DNA of 64,000 nucleotides from Terriglobia bacterium (GTDB lineage: Bacteria; Acidobacteriota; Polarisedimenticolia; Polarisedimenticolales; JAIQFR01). This document shows, one piece after another, positions 19,791 to 28,732 of the stretch. How positions within the stretch are numbered: the stretch's first letter is position 1; each line of letters begins with the position of its first letter. The notes under the pieces were generated by a model that saw nothing but the letters and a program-made list of their open reading frames with translations, searched no databases and was not told the origin of the DNA. A program made the position numbers and the translations under genes. The stretch lies in NCBI GenBank assembly GCA_963748015.1, contig CAVVHE010000004.1:2016001-2080000 (forward strand). The letters run 5' to 3'.

Positions 19791-19958
19791 CCGAGGGTAC
19801 GCAGATCGTACGCAAGCCCGCGGAGACGGTGGTGGACGCCGGCGGAAGCGGTGGACAGACTTTATTGGGCGCTGCCCCAGGAAAAGGTTGAAACGGCGAC
19901 CCTTTGAGACGTCCCGTCACTCCGGAGGTCGCGGGTTCGAGACCCGTTGGCCACGCCA
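19791..19958 (+). repeat. attR-like module B: arm-like region plus tRNA-Asp 3' half (19916-19958)
   Basis: Same 27 bp block and CGGTGGACAGA, GGGCGC.GCCCC, TTGAAACGGCG blocks as module A; 43 bp tRNA copy with 3 mismatches. Confidence 0.88.
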
Positions 19959-20013
19959 GGTCGCTCGACGACGTGCCCGGTCGTCGATCGCGAACCGCAG
20001 CCCTCGCTTCGCC

Positions 20014-20412
20014 TCAACGACGCGGGGGAAGCGGCCGGATCGACCGCCGGATCCACGGAAGCAGACGATCGAAATCGCACTTGCCCGCCTCGAGCAACCC
20101 GATGAGGAACCGGTGCGCGGCATCGGGCCGGACGGCGAGCTTCGACCCGTTCAACCGGAGGAACACGTCGGTCGCGAAGAAGGCCACCCGCTTGTTGCCG
20201 TCCACGAAAGGGTGGTTCATCAGGAGGGACTCGAAGAGCGCCGCCGCCATCTCCGCGAGGTCGCCGTAGTAGCCGGTACGCGGCCGGAATAGGGCACTCT
20301 CGAGGAGGCCGGGATCGCGCAGGCCCGGCGTCCCCCCGAAGGCGTCGACGAGCCGCTCGTGAATCGCGAGGACTTCGTCGACCGTGAGGAAGAGGGTCTC
20401 GTCAGCGGGCAA
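20014..20412 (-). CDS. doc: Doc/Fic family toxin (death-on-curing)
   Basis: GLRDPGLLESALFRP and HPFVDGNKR motifs; 132 aa. Confidence 0.9.
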   Translation of the reverse strand: MPADETLFLTVDEVLAIHERLVDAFGGTPGLRDPGLLESALFRPRTGYYGDLAEMAAALFESLLMNHPFVDGNKRVAFFATDVFLRLNGSKLAVRPDAAHRFLIGLLEAGKCDFDRLLPWIRRSIRPLPPRR

Positions 20413-20614
20413 GGAGGCGTCCCAGTTTTTCGTTCTCGGAGATCGAGTCCTCGAGGTGGCGTACCACCGCCGGCCGAACTCGGCGCCGCTCCAGGTACTC
20501 GCGGATCGCTTCCGTCAGCAACCCGGAGACATTGCGGTGGGATTCCGCGGCAGTCGCCTTGAGGTCCTCCCAGACCGACTCCTCGACCTTCGAGCTGATC
20601 TTGATGGCGGCCAT
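20402..20614 (-). CDS. Ribbon-helix-helix-like antitoxin
   Basis: 70 aa; KISSKVEESVWEDLK...VSGLLTEAIREYL beta-alpha-alpha pattern; AGGAGG RBS; overlaps doc. Confidence 0.75.
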   Translation of the reverse strand: MAAIKISSKVEESVWEDLKATAAESHRNVSGLLTEAIREYLERRRVRPAVVRHLEDSISENEKLGRLLAR

Positions 20615-20623
20615 CGGTCCTCC

Positions 20624-20646
20624 TGACGTGTCAAGATACGTCAAGT
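20624..20646 (-). promoter_or_regulatory. Putative TA operator/promoter
   Basis: TGACGT-N8-ACGTCA inverted repeat plus TTGACG/TTGACA hexamers on the minus strand, just upstream of the antitoxin RBS. Confidence 0.55.
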
Positions 20647-20686
20647 TGGAGTCGTTTTCCAGCCGGCCCCGCCTCGCATCGCCACA

Positions 20687-21592
20687 TCACCCTGCCTGCT
20701 CGATCGAGGTCATGAGCGCGCGTGGGGGCCGACTTTCTACCTCGAGGAGTTGGCCCGTTTCCGGGTGGGCGAGGGCGAGCCGCGTGGCGTGCAGCAGGTA
20801 GCCCATGTCGCCCGGGAGAGCGGTGCCGTCGCCGCGCAGGCCGCCCCCGGCGGCGTACAGCGGGTCGCCCGCCAGCGGGTGGCCGGACGCCGCGAGGTGG
20901 ATGCGGATCTGGTGGGGCCGGCCGGTCTCGATGCGCACCTCGACCAGACTCGTCGCTCCCCTGCGCTCGAGGACCCGGACTTCGCTCCGCGAGGGCAGGC
21001 CGTCCGGGCGGGCGGCGTGGACGGACCCGAGCGTGGGGTGAGGGATGCGCCCGATTCCCACCTCCACCGCGAAGGCGTCCCGCTCGGGGCTCCCCTCGAC
21101 CAGCGCGCGATAGACCTTGATGACCCGCCGCTCGCGCCACTCCTTCGCGATCGCCCGCGACGCGGCAGCCGTCAGGGCGAAGAGGACGACGCCGGAGGTC
21201 CCGCGCCCGAGCCGGTGCATGGTGGCCGCCCCGGGGTGGCGCTTTCGCACCAGCGCGAGGAGCGTGTGCTCGAGATACCCGCCCCCCGGGAGCGTGGGCA
21301 GGCCGGAGGGCTTCTCGACGGCCAGCAGCGCGGCGTCCTCGTGGAGCACCACGTACGACATCGGCGTCGCGGGCTCGTCCCAGGGTGGCCGGGACCAGGT
21401 CAAGCGCTGACCGAGGCACAGGACGTCGTCCGCGCGGGCCGGGCTTCCTTCCACGAGAACCAGGCCCGCCTCGATCCGCTCCCGCCAATCGGCGAGCGAG
21501 CTGTGCCGGTAACGCGACGCGAGATGGTCCAGGAGCGTGCGCCCCGCGCCGCGCCCGTCGATCTTCTCCGTGTAGGCGAACCCGTTGTTCAG
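20687..21592 (-). CDS. RluA-family pseudouridine synthase homolog (HRLG variant)
   Basis: VEKPSGLPT, HRLGRGTSG, KVYRALVEG, TGRPHQIRIHL, GDPLY, LLHA. Probable CTG start after GGGGAG. Confidence 0.88.
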   Translation of the reverse strand: MNNGFAYTEKIDGRGAGRTLLDHLASRYRHSSLADWRERIEAGLVLVEGSPARADDVLCLGQRLTWSRPPWDEPATPMSYVVLHEDAALLAVEKPSGLPTLPGGGYLEHTLLALVRKRHPGAATMHRLGRGTSGVVLFALTAAASRAIAKEWRERRVIKVYRALVEGSPERDAFAVEVGIGRIPHPTLGSVHAARPDGLPSRSEVRVLERRGATSLVEVRIETGRPHQIRIHLAASGHPLAGDPLYAAGGGLRGDGTALPGDMGYLLHATRLALAHPETGQLLEVESRPPRALMTSIEQAG

Positions 21593-21697
21593 AGCCGCTC
21601 CCCGCCTTGCCTGCCGGCAGCTCAAGATACGTCAAGTCGCAAGCCGGACCCGTCTTGCGGGTACAATCCCACCACCAGCGAAGGAGCGCCCCGGGCG

Positions 21698-22342
21698 ATG
21701 CCGAAACAAGCACGCAACGCGTCCCGAGAGACGGACCTCGGCCTCTCGAAATCGGAGCTGCGAATCCTGCGGGGGCTTCGCACCCCCGCGAGGATCCAGC
21801 AGTTCCTCGACGACGAGGTCCGCTACAACAAGGAAAAGGACGGGGAGACCTGCCGCTCGCCGAGGCGGGTACTGCGCGACCGGCTGGCGCACTGCATGGA
21901 AGGGGCGCTGTTCGGCGCGGCCGCCCTGCGCGTGAACGGGTACCCTCCCCTTCTGATCGAGCTCCTCGCCGTGCGCGACGACCACCACGCGCTCGCGGTC
22001 TTCAGGGAGTACGGCCTCTGGGGCGCCATCGCCCAGTCCAACTACTCGGGCCTCGGCTACAGGGCGCCGGCCTACAGGACCATCCGCGAGCTCGCGATGA
22101 GCTACTTCGATCAGTACTTCAACGACCCGCAGGGAGAGTACACGCTCCGCGAGTACTCGCTTCCGGTGAGCCTCGCGAGGTACGACGCGCGCCGCTGGAT
22201 GACCTCGGAGTCCGAGCTGTTCTGGGTGGACGGCATCTTCGGCGGCGCCAGGCATTACCGCGTCATTCCGAAAGGGATGCGTCCCGGAAAGGTCCGCGAG
22301 AGGGTCTTCCGGGCCGGATGTCTCGGCAAGGCATCGAGGTAG
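21698..22342 (+). CDS. Conserved hypothetical protein, possible transglutaminase-like Cys-His fold
   Basis: CRSPRRVLRDRLAHCMEGALF, DDHHALAVF, WGAIAQSN; AAGGAG RBS. Confidence 0.65.
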   Translation: MPKQARNASRETDLGLSKSELRILRGLRTPARIQQFLDDEVRYNKEKDGETCRSPRRVLRDRLAHCMEGALFGAAALRVNGYPPLLIELLAVRDDHHALAVFREYGLWGAIAQSNYSGLGYRAPAYRTIRELAMSYFDQYFNDPQGEYTLREYSLPVSLARYDARRWMTSESELFWVDGIFGGARHYRVIPKGMRPGKVRERVFRAGCLGKASR

Positions 22343-22405
22343 ACGGCGGCGTTCCCGACTCTCGGCTTCGGTTGTCGCCGGCATCACGGGTCGCCGGCCG
22401 CCCGC

Positions 22406-22729
22406 TCACTCCATCTTGAGGAACCAGCGCCGCAGCGAACGTGATGCCGACCTCCTGTGGCGCGCCGCGTGGCAGAGCGCGAGCCCGACGGCGCGCTGCC
22501 ACTCCTCGAGGAGATCCTTGCTCGGCATCAGTTTCCCGTCCTCGAGATCCGTGAACGTATCGAACGCAACCCCGAGCCGCGCGGCCATCGTCTCGGCGGA
22601 CACCCTTGCCGCGAGACGCATCGCCTTGAGGTCGTGCAATTGCTCCTGCATGGCTACCCTTTCGCGGAGCCACCGCTCTGCAAGCCTCCCTTGCCGCCCC
22701 GTTCCACCCTGTCGCTCCCGTTGCGGCAT
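22406..22729 (-). CDS. XRE-family helix-turn-helix protein
   Basis: LKAMRLAARVSAETMAARLGVAFDTFTDLEDGK HTH_3-like pattern. Confidence 0.6.
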   Translation of the reverse strand: MPQRERQGGTGRQGRLAERWLRERVAMQEQLHDLKAMRLAARVSAETMAARLGVAFDTFTDLEDGKLMPSKDLLEEWQRAVGLALCHAARHRRSASRSLRRWFLKME

Positions 22730-23035
22730 GAAACCTGTCGAAACGCTTCGCCTCCGAGGTGCCCTCGCTGATTAGAGCAATCGCCGGGCCAGTTGTTCCC
22801 GCGACTGCCCGTCCGTCGCGCGCGGGGCTACGACTGCGGGAGCGGAAGCGAACTCGCCGCTCTGCCGCGTCCGGACTGCGGCGGCTGGACCGCCCCGAGA
22901 ATCCGGGTAAGATCCTTGCTGCGGCCTGGGCCACGGAAGAGTTGCACCCGACGTCGAGAACTCGGCGGGACGGCGCGAAGGATGGAGGTTGCGATGGTCT
23001 TCAGCCGGCTGTCGCCGACGAGGAGCGACCGGTCA

Positions 23036-23572
23036 ATGCAAATATTGCTACGCTCCGTCGTGTTCTTCGTCGCTTGCCTGGCCGTCCTTCCCGGTCACGC
23101 GGAGACCAGGTTCGCCGGCAGCGGCACACCGATCTTCCCGCAACCGGAGAACGGGCGAGCCCTGGTGTACCTGCTGCGTCCGATCTGGATACTGGGAACC
23201 CTCCCGGCGCTCGAGCTCTACGACGAGCGCCAGATCTGGGGGTACCTGCCGGTTCGCTCGTACATCGCGGTGCCGCTCGAGCCGGGCGAGCGAACGTTCC
23301 CGGTCGCCGCCGCCGGTGGGTCGACGGGTGGCGCGCCCGCCGAGGGACTCGACCTGTTTCTCGTGGCCGGTCGCACGTACGTCCTCAGGCTCGACGAATC
23401 GCGCGACGCGACCGGGACGCTGCGGTCGCAGTGGGCCGAGATGACCCTGGCGGACCTTCCCAGGTTCGTCGCGGCGAAGAACCTGAAGTACGTGGCGCTG
23501 ACCGACGAGGGGCGCGCGGCGCTCGAGAAAGCCAGGGCCGAGCTCGTCTCGGCCCGCCGCAAGGCGAGCTGA
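23036..23572 (+). CDS. Secreted hypothetical protein (DUF2846-like)
   Basis: AGGAG RBS, signal peptide, ALVYLLRP...YIAVPLEPGERT...AGRTYVLRL. Confidence 0.6.
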   Translation: MQILLRSVVFFVACLAVLPGHAETRFAGSGTPIFPQPENGRALVYLLRPIWILGTLPALELYDERQIWGYLPVRSYIAVPLEPGERTFPVAAAGGSTGGAPAEGLDLFLVAGRTYVLRLDESRDATGTLRSQWAEMTLADLPRFVAAKNLKYVALTDEGRAALEKARAELVSARRKAS

Positions 23573-23590
23573 CGCCTCGCGCGTAGCGGT

Positions 23591-23827
23591 TCAGCGCGGC
23601 GCGAGCGGAGGAACGCTCACGAGGCCGCGCCGGCCGCGCCGGAACGACTCGAGACGCCGCTCCAACATCCGCCGGACGACCTGCACGTACTCCGCCCCGA
23701 ACTCGTCGACCGCTCCCGCCCCGGCCAGGTGCTCGAGGGCGTTCATGAGCTGGTCGGGCTGGAGGGTGCTCACCATGACCTGGGCGCTTTCGAGTTCGCT
23801 GAGCTGTGGCGCGGGCGTGGCAGTCAT
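23591..23827 (-). CDS. Hypothetical protein
   Basis: 78-aa ORF with protein-like composition, convergent on the previous gene. Confidence 0.45.
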   Translation of the reverse strand: MTATPAPQLSELESAQVMVSTLQPDQLMNALEHLAGAGAVDEFGAEYVQVVRRMLERRLESFRRGRRGLVSVPPLAPR

Positions 23828-24029
23828 TCGTCGTACCTGTCGGTTCGTCGCCGTTTCGCGGAGCTTCGTCCTTTCCTTCTGGACGACCGGCCAGCGTCGA
23901 GCAAACCGGGGTCCCCTATACTAGCGCAGCTCGCGATCGGACTCGACTGCCTCCGGAAATTTCGACGCCCTGCCGTTTCCGTGCATAATCCCACCGAGCC
24001 GCTCGGCCAGCCTCTTCCGGAGATCCGCG

Positions 24030-27000
24030 TTGAGCAAGGGACCGCTTCGTTACGCCGGACAGGTTCTCCTCCTCGCGGCGGCCTACTTCCTCGCCGGGAA
24101 GCTCGGCCTCGCGGTCACGACCTACGCCAAGGGAAACGCGGGGTTGGTCTGGCCGCCGACCGGGCTGTCGCTCGCGGCGCTCCTGCTCTTCGGCGGCCGC
24201 CTGTGGCCCGGGGTGGCGATCGGCGCGTTCCTCGTCAACTTCTCGACGGGGACCCCGGTCGCCGGGGCGACTGCGGTATCGCTCGGCAACACCGTCGAGG
24301 CGCTAGTCGGCTTCCTGCTCCTTCGCCGGGTCGCCCGCTTCGACGAGGCGATGTGCCGCGTGCGGGACGTGGTGGCGCTCTTCTTCTTCGGTTTCCTGGT
24401 CGCGACCGCGGTCGGAAGCGCGGTGAGCACGCTCGGTCTCTTCGCGACCGGCTACTTCCCGGCGACCTCCAGGTTCCACTTCGGCCTCCACTGGTGGTTC
24501 GGGGACGCGCTCAGCAACCTCCTGATCGCGCCGGCGCTGCTCGTCTGGGCGCGGCGACGGAGGCTCCCGCGCTCCGCCGCCGAGGCCGCGGAGGCCGCCG
24601 CCGTTTTCGGGGGCATCGTCCTCTCCTCGCTGGTGGTGTTCGGCGGGTGGATCCCGCAGGTGCAGGCGATCCACCCGATCGCTTACTTCGTGTTCCCATT
24701 TGTCGTCGGGGCCGCCATGCGCTTCGGGCAGCTCGGGGCGTCGGCCGCCAACCCGATCGCCGCCGCGATCGCGGTCCTCGGCACGGCCGCCGGCCACGGC
24801 CCCTTCGCCGGTGGCGACCTGAACCGCAGCGTACTTTACCTGGGAGCGTTCCTCGCGATTCTGGCCCTCACCTCGCTGATCGTGGGGGCGGAGACGTCGC
24901 AGCGCCGGGCAACGGCGCACGCCCTGAGACGGAGCGAGGAGAGCTTCAGGTCCTTCATGCGCCACACCCCCGTGGTGGCATTCATCAAGGACGCCGCGAG
25001 CCGCTATCTCTACCTCAACGAGACGTGGGAGAGGGCCTTCGGCCGGCGCCCGGGCGAGTGGATCGGCAAGACGGTCGAAGAGGTCTGGCCGGCCGAGGCC
25101 GCCGCCCAGATCCGGAGCGGGGACGAGGAGCTGCTCGCGAGCGGGAAGCCCCAGGAGCTGCACCGCACGTTTCAAGGGCAGGAGGGTCCTAGAAACTGGA
25201 TGATCTACCAGTTCCTTCTCCCCGATCCCGAAGGCGGGCCGTCCCGGATCGGCGGAATGGCGCTCGACGTGTCGCGGCAGAAGCGGCTGGAAGACGAGCT
25301 CAGGGTTCGGGCCCGCCAGCAGGCCGTGGTGGCCGAGTTGGGCCAGCTCGCGCTGACCGAGGGCGACTTCGAGACGCTCCTCCAGCGCGTCGTGGACGCC
25401 GTGGCGCAGACGCTCGGTTCGGATTTCGCCGGGGTGCTCGAGATCCAGCCGGACGGCGAGACGCTCGTCATGAAGGCCGGCTGGGGCTGGGACCTGTCGC
25501 GCCCCCACGCCCTCAAGATCGATGTCCGCTCTCACGCGGGCCTGACCCTGCTCGGCGGCGAGCCGGTCATCGTCGAGGATCTCGGGATGGACCCGCGCAT
25601 CGCCGCCTCGCCGCTCCTCACGGAGGCCGGCATCGTGAGCGGCATCACCGTCCTGGTCCCCACGCACGAACGCCCTTACGGCGTGCTGGGCGCGCACACG
25701 CGCACGCGTCGGGCTTTCTCCAGGAACGACGCCAACTTCCTGAAATCCGTTGCGATCGTGCTCGCGGATGCCATCGACCGGCGCGAGAAGGAGAAGGCGC
25801 TGGAGCGCAGCGAGCGTCACTTCCGGTCGCTCATCGAGAACGCGCTCGACATCATCACGGTCGTGGACGTCGGCGGGTCGTCGCTCTATCAGAGCCCTTC
25901 CGTGGAACGGGTGACCGGGCGGAAGCCGGACGACCTGCTGGGCGTCTCGCTCCTCGAACTGCTCCACCCCGACGACCTCCCGGCCGCCCGCGACGCGCTG
26001 CGCCGGGTCTCGCAGGATCCGGGCGCCGTCATCGGCCCGGTCGAGGTGCGGGTGCTTCACGTCGACGGCGGCTGGCGCGTCCTGGAGTCCACCGGTACGA
26101 ACCTCCTCGACATTCCGGAGATCCGCGGGATCGTGATCAACTCGCGCGACATCACCGACCGCAAGCGGGCGGAAGAGGCGCTCCGCGAGAGCGAGGAGCG
26201 CCTGCAGCAAGCGATGAAGATGGAGGCCGTCGGGCGGCTCGCGGGAGGCGTCGCCCACGACTTCAACAACATGTTGACCGCCATCAACGGCCACGGGGAA
26301 ATGCTGCTCGACGCGCTGCCGGCAGGCAGCCCTCTCCACCGCGACGCGGAGGAGATTCTCCGCGCGGGGAAACGGGCCGCGGACCTCACCCGGCAGCTCC
26401 TCGCCTTCAGCCGCAAGCAGGTGCTGCAGCCGCGCTCGCTGGACCTGAACGAGATCGTCCGGGGCATCGAGTCCATGCTGCGCCGCCTCCTCGGAGAGCA
26501 CATCGCGTTCGTCACCCGTCCGGCCCCCGGCCTCGCGCCCGTTCTCGCGGACCCCGGACAGATCGAGCAGATCGTGCTCAACCTCGCCGTCAACGCGAGA
26601 GACGCCATGCCGGACGGCGGCACGATCGAGCTCGCGACCGCCAACGTCGAGATCGGCGAGGAGCGACCGCCGGACCTCGAGGAGTTGACCCCCGGCTCGT
26701 GGGTCGCCCTCTCGGTGAGAGATACCGGCCACGGCATGGACGCCGCGACTCTCGCGCGCGTCTTCGAGCCGTTCTTCACCACGAAGGAGGTCGGACAGGG
26801 CACGGGCTTGGGCCTCTCGACGGTCTACGGGATCGTGAAGCAGAGCGGCGGGCACGTCACGGCCCGCAGCGCGCCGGGCGAAGGCGCGCTTTTCACGGTC
26901 TACCTGCCCCGGACGACCGAAGCCGAGGCGCGCGCGGAGGCGTCGCGCGAGAGCCGCCCGCGCGCGGCCGGAGGCCCGGAGACGATCCTCGTGGTCGAGG

Positions 27001-27383
27001 ACGAGCGCGCCGTCCGCTCGCTCGTGAGGGAGATCCTGGAAACGAACGGCTACTCGGTGCTCGAGGCCGGGAACGCGGACGAGGCGCTCCGTGCCGTGCA
27101 GGCGTACGCTGGGAAGATCGACCTCCTGCTCTCGGACGTCGTGATGCCGGGGATGAGCGGCCCCTCGCTCGCGGTGAAGCTGCGGGCGATGCGGCCGTCC
27201 ATAGCGGTATTGTTCATGTCCGGCTACGCGGAGGAGCCGGTCGAGCTGCGCGGGATCGTGGAGAAGGGGGCGGGGTTCCTCGCGAAACCCTTCACGCTGG
27301 CCGCCCTGACCCGCAAGGTACGCGAGGTGCTCGACGCGAGGGCCGGCCGCCGCCCGGGCGCCGCTCCCGCCGAGGAGGGTTAG
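24030..27383 (+). CDS. Hybrid sensor histidine kinase (MASE1-PAS-GAF-PAS-HisKA-HATPase-REC)
   Basis: VWPPTG MASE1 motif, PAS DITDRK, H-box AHDFNN, N-box NARDA, PFFTTK/GTGLGL, receiver SDVVMPG...KP. Confidence 0.95.
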   Translation: MSKGPLRYAGQVLLLAAAYFLAGKLGLAVTTYAKGNAGLVWPPTGLSLAALLLFGGRLWPGVAIGAFLVNFSTGTPVAGATAVSLGNTVEALVGFLLLRRVARFDEAMCRVRDVVALFFFGFLVATAVGSAVSTLGLFATGYFPATSRFHFGLHWWFGDALSNLLIAPALLVWARRRRLPRSAAEAAEAAAVFGGIVLSSLVVFGGWIPQVQAIHPIAYFVFPFVVGAAMRFGQLGASAANPIAAAIAVLGTAAGHGPFAGGDLNRSVLYLGAFLAILALTSLIVGAETSQRRATAHALRRSEESFRSFMRHTPVVAFIKDAASRYLYLNETWERAFGRRPGEWIGKTVEEVWPAEAAAQIRSGDEELLASGKPQELHRTFQGQEGPRNWMIYQFLLPDPEGGPSRIGGMALDVSRQKRLEDELRVRARQQAVVAELGQLALTEGDFETLLQRVVDAVAQTLGSDFAGVLEIQPDGETLVMKAGWGWDLSRPHALKIDVRSHAGLTLLGGEPVIVEDLGMDPRIAASPLLTEAGIVSGITVLVPTHERPYGVLGAHTRTRRAFSRNDANFLKSVAIVLADAIDRREKEKALERSERHFRSLIENALDIITVVDVGGSSLYQSPSVERVTGRKPDDLLGVSLLELLHPDDLPAARDALRRVSQDPGAVIGPVEVRVLHVDGGWRVLESTGTNLLDIPEIRGIVINSRDITDRKRAEEALRESEERLQQAMKMEAVGRLAGGVAHDFNNMLTAINGHGEMLLDALPAGSPLHRDAEEILRAGKRAADLTRQLLAFSRKQVLQPRSLDLNEIVRGIESMLRRLLGEHIAFVTRPAPGLAPVLADPGQIEQIVLNLAVNARDAMPDGGTIELATANVEIGEERPPDLEELTPGSWVALSVRDTGHGMDAATLARVFEPFFTTKEVGQGTGLGLSTVYGIVKQSGGHVTARSAPGEGALFTVYLPRTTEAEARAEASRESRPRAAGGPETILVVEDERAVRSLVREILETNGYSVLEAGNADEALRAVQAYAGKIDLLLSDVVMPGMSGPSLAVKLRAMRPSIAVLFMSGYAEEPVELRGIVEKGAGFLAKPFTLAALTRKVREVLDARAGRRPGAAPAEEG

Positions 27384-27385
27384 TC

Positions 27386-28510
27386 TTGCTCGTCACGGAA
27401 ATCTACCGCCGCTTCTCCGGCATCTCGCACCTGGTCGGCAACACGCCGCTGATCGTCATCGAGTTCAGCTACCGGGGCGAGGACCGGGTGATCTACGCGA
27501 AGGCGGAGAACCTCAATCTCACCGGCAGCATCAAGGACCGGATGGCGATCCACATCCTGCGGCGCGGCTACGAGCGCGGGGTGCTCGAGCCCGGGAGCCC
27601 CATCATCGAGGCCACGAGCGGCAACACCGGGATCTCCTTCGCGGCCATCGGGCGCGCCATCGGCCACCCGGTGACGATCTTCATGCCCGACTGGATGAGC
27701 AGCGAGCGGATCGCCCTCATCCGGAGTCTCGGGGCCGACATCCGTCTCGTGAGCAAGGAGCAGGGAGGATTCCTCGGGAGCATCCGGCTCGCCGAGGAGC
27801 TCGCGGCCCGGCTGCCGGGCGCGTTCCTCCCGGAGCAGTTCTCGAACACGGACAACATCGACGCTCACGCCACCGCGACCGGCCCGGAGATCTGGTGGCA
27901 GACGCAGTTCCACTACCTGGAGCCCGACGCCTTCGTCGCCGGCGTGGGCACCGGCGGGACGATCATGGGCGTCGGCCGCTACCTTCGCTCCAAGCGCCCG
28001 GGGATCCGGCTGCACCCGATCGAGCCGGCCAACTCGCCGACCCTCTCGACGGGGTGCAAGGTCGGGAAGCACCGCATCCAGGGGATCTCCGACGAGTTCA
28101 TCCCGCCCATCGTGGACCTCGGGTGCCTCGACCGAGTCGTGGGCGTGGACGACGGCGACGCGATCCTGATGGCGCAGAAGCTCGCCGCCGAGCTCGGCCT
28201 CGGAGTCGGCATCTCTTCCGGCGCCAATTTCCTCGGCGCGTTGCGGGTGCAGAACGAGCTCGGTCCCCGCGCGACGGTCATCACGGTCTTCCCGGACGAC
28301 AACAAGAAGTACCTGAGCACGGATCTGCTCCGCGAGGAGGGCGCGCGGGACGGATTCCTGTCGCCGCTCGTGACCCTGCGGCACTACGGGGCCTACAAGA
28401 GGGTGTGCAGCACTTGCTGCGATCCCGCCGAGTGCCACGAGATCCCGCCGCCGGGATTCGTCGCCGACGAGGAGCCGCTCCCGCCCTGCCCTCGTCCCCG
28501 CCGCCGCTGA
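27386..28510 (+). CDS. PLP-dependent cysteine synthase family protein
   Basis: VGNTPL, GSIKDR (PLP Lys), [30 protein letters not shown] start after GAGGAGG. Confidence 0.9.
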   Translation: MLVTEIYRRFSGISHLVGNTPLIVIEFSYRGEDRVIYAKAENLNLTGSIKDRMAIHILRRGYERGVLEPGSPIIEATSGNTGISFAAIGRAIGHPVTIFMPDWMSSERIALIRSLGADIRLVSKEQGGFLGSIRLAEELAARLPGAFLPEQFSNTDNIDAHATATGPEIWWQTQFHYLEPDAFVAGVGTGGTIMGVGRYLRSKRPGIRLHPIEPANSPTLSTGCKVGKHRIQGISDEFIPPIVDLGCLDRVVGVDDGDAILMAQKLAAELGLGVGISSGANFLGALRVQNELGPRATVITVFPDDNKKYLSTDLLREEGARDGFLSPLVTLRHYGAYKRVCSTCCDPAECHEIPPPGFVADEEPLPPCPRPRRR

Positions 28511-28732
28511 GAGTCGGTCTCCGACCTCGACGCCGATTCCGTCGAGCTTGCCGCCCTCGGCGAACATGAAGCGTAGCGTCGCGACACCGGCTCGCGCGCT
28601 CTTCGCGCGGACGACCACCTCCTCACCCGACGCCTCGACGATCCCCTCCGGCTCGAGACGGCCGAGCTGGCTACCCTAGGGTGTACCATCTCGCTCCCGG
28701 CTCGACGCGAGCCGAGGCAAGGAGGCCGGTCG

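Larger units (their letters stand above)
15048..19958. mobile_element. tRNA-Asp-anchored tandem island/cassette array, no integrase visible
   Basis: Bounded and subdivided by direct repeats of the tRNA 3' end at 15172, 18611 and 19916; accessory cargo including TA remnants. Confidence 0.75.

Noticed and set aside
18611..19958. Additional tRNA-Asp genes at 18611 and 19916
   Set aside because: Only the anticodon-to-CCA halves are present; there is no D-arm or 5' acceptor strand.
14970..19958. CRISPR array or classical integron
   Set aside because: The repeats are tRNA fragments with very unequal spacing; no cas or intI gene and no attC-like structure was recognised.
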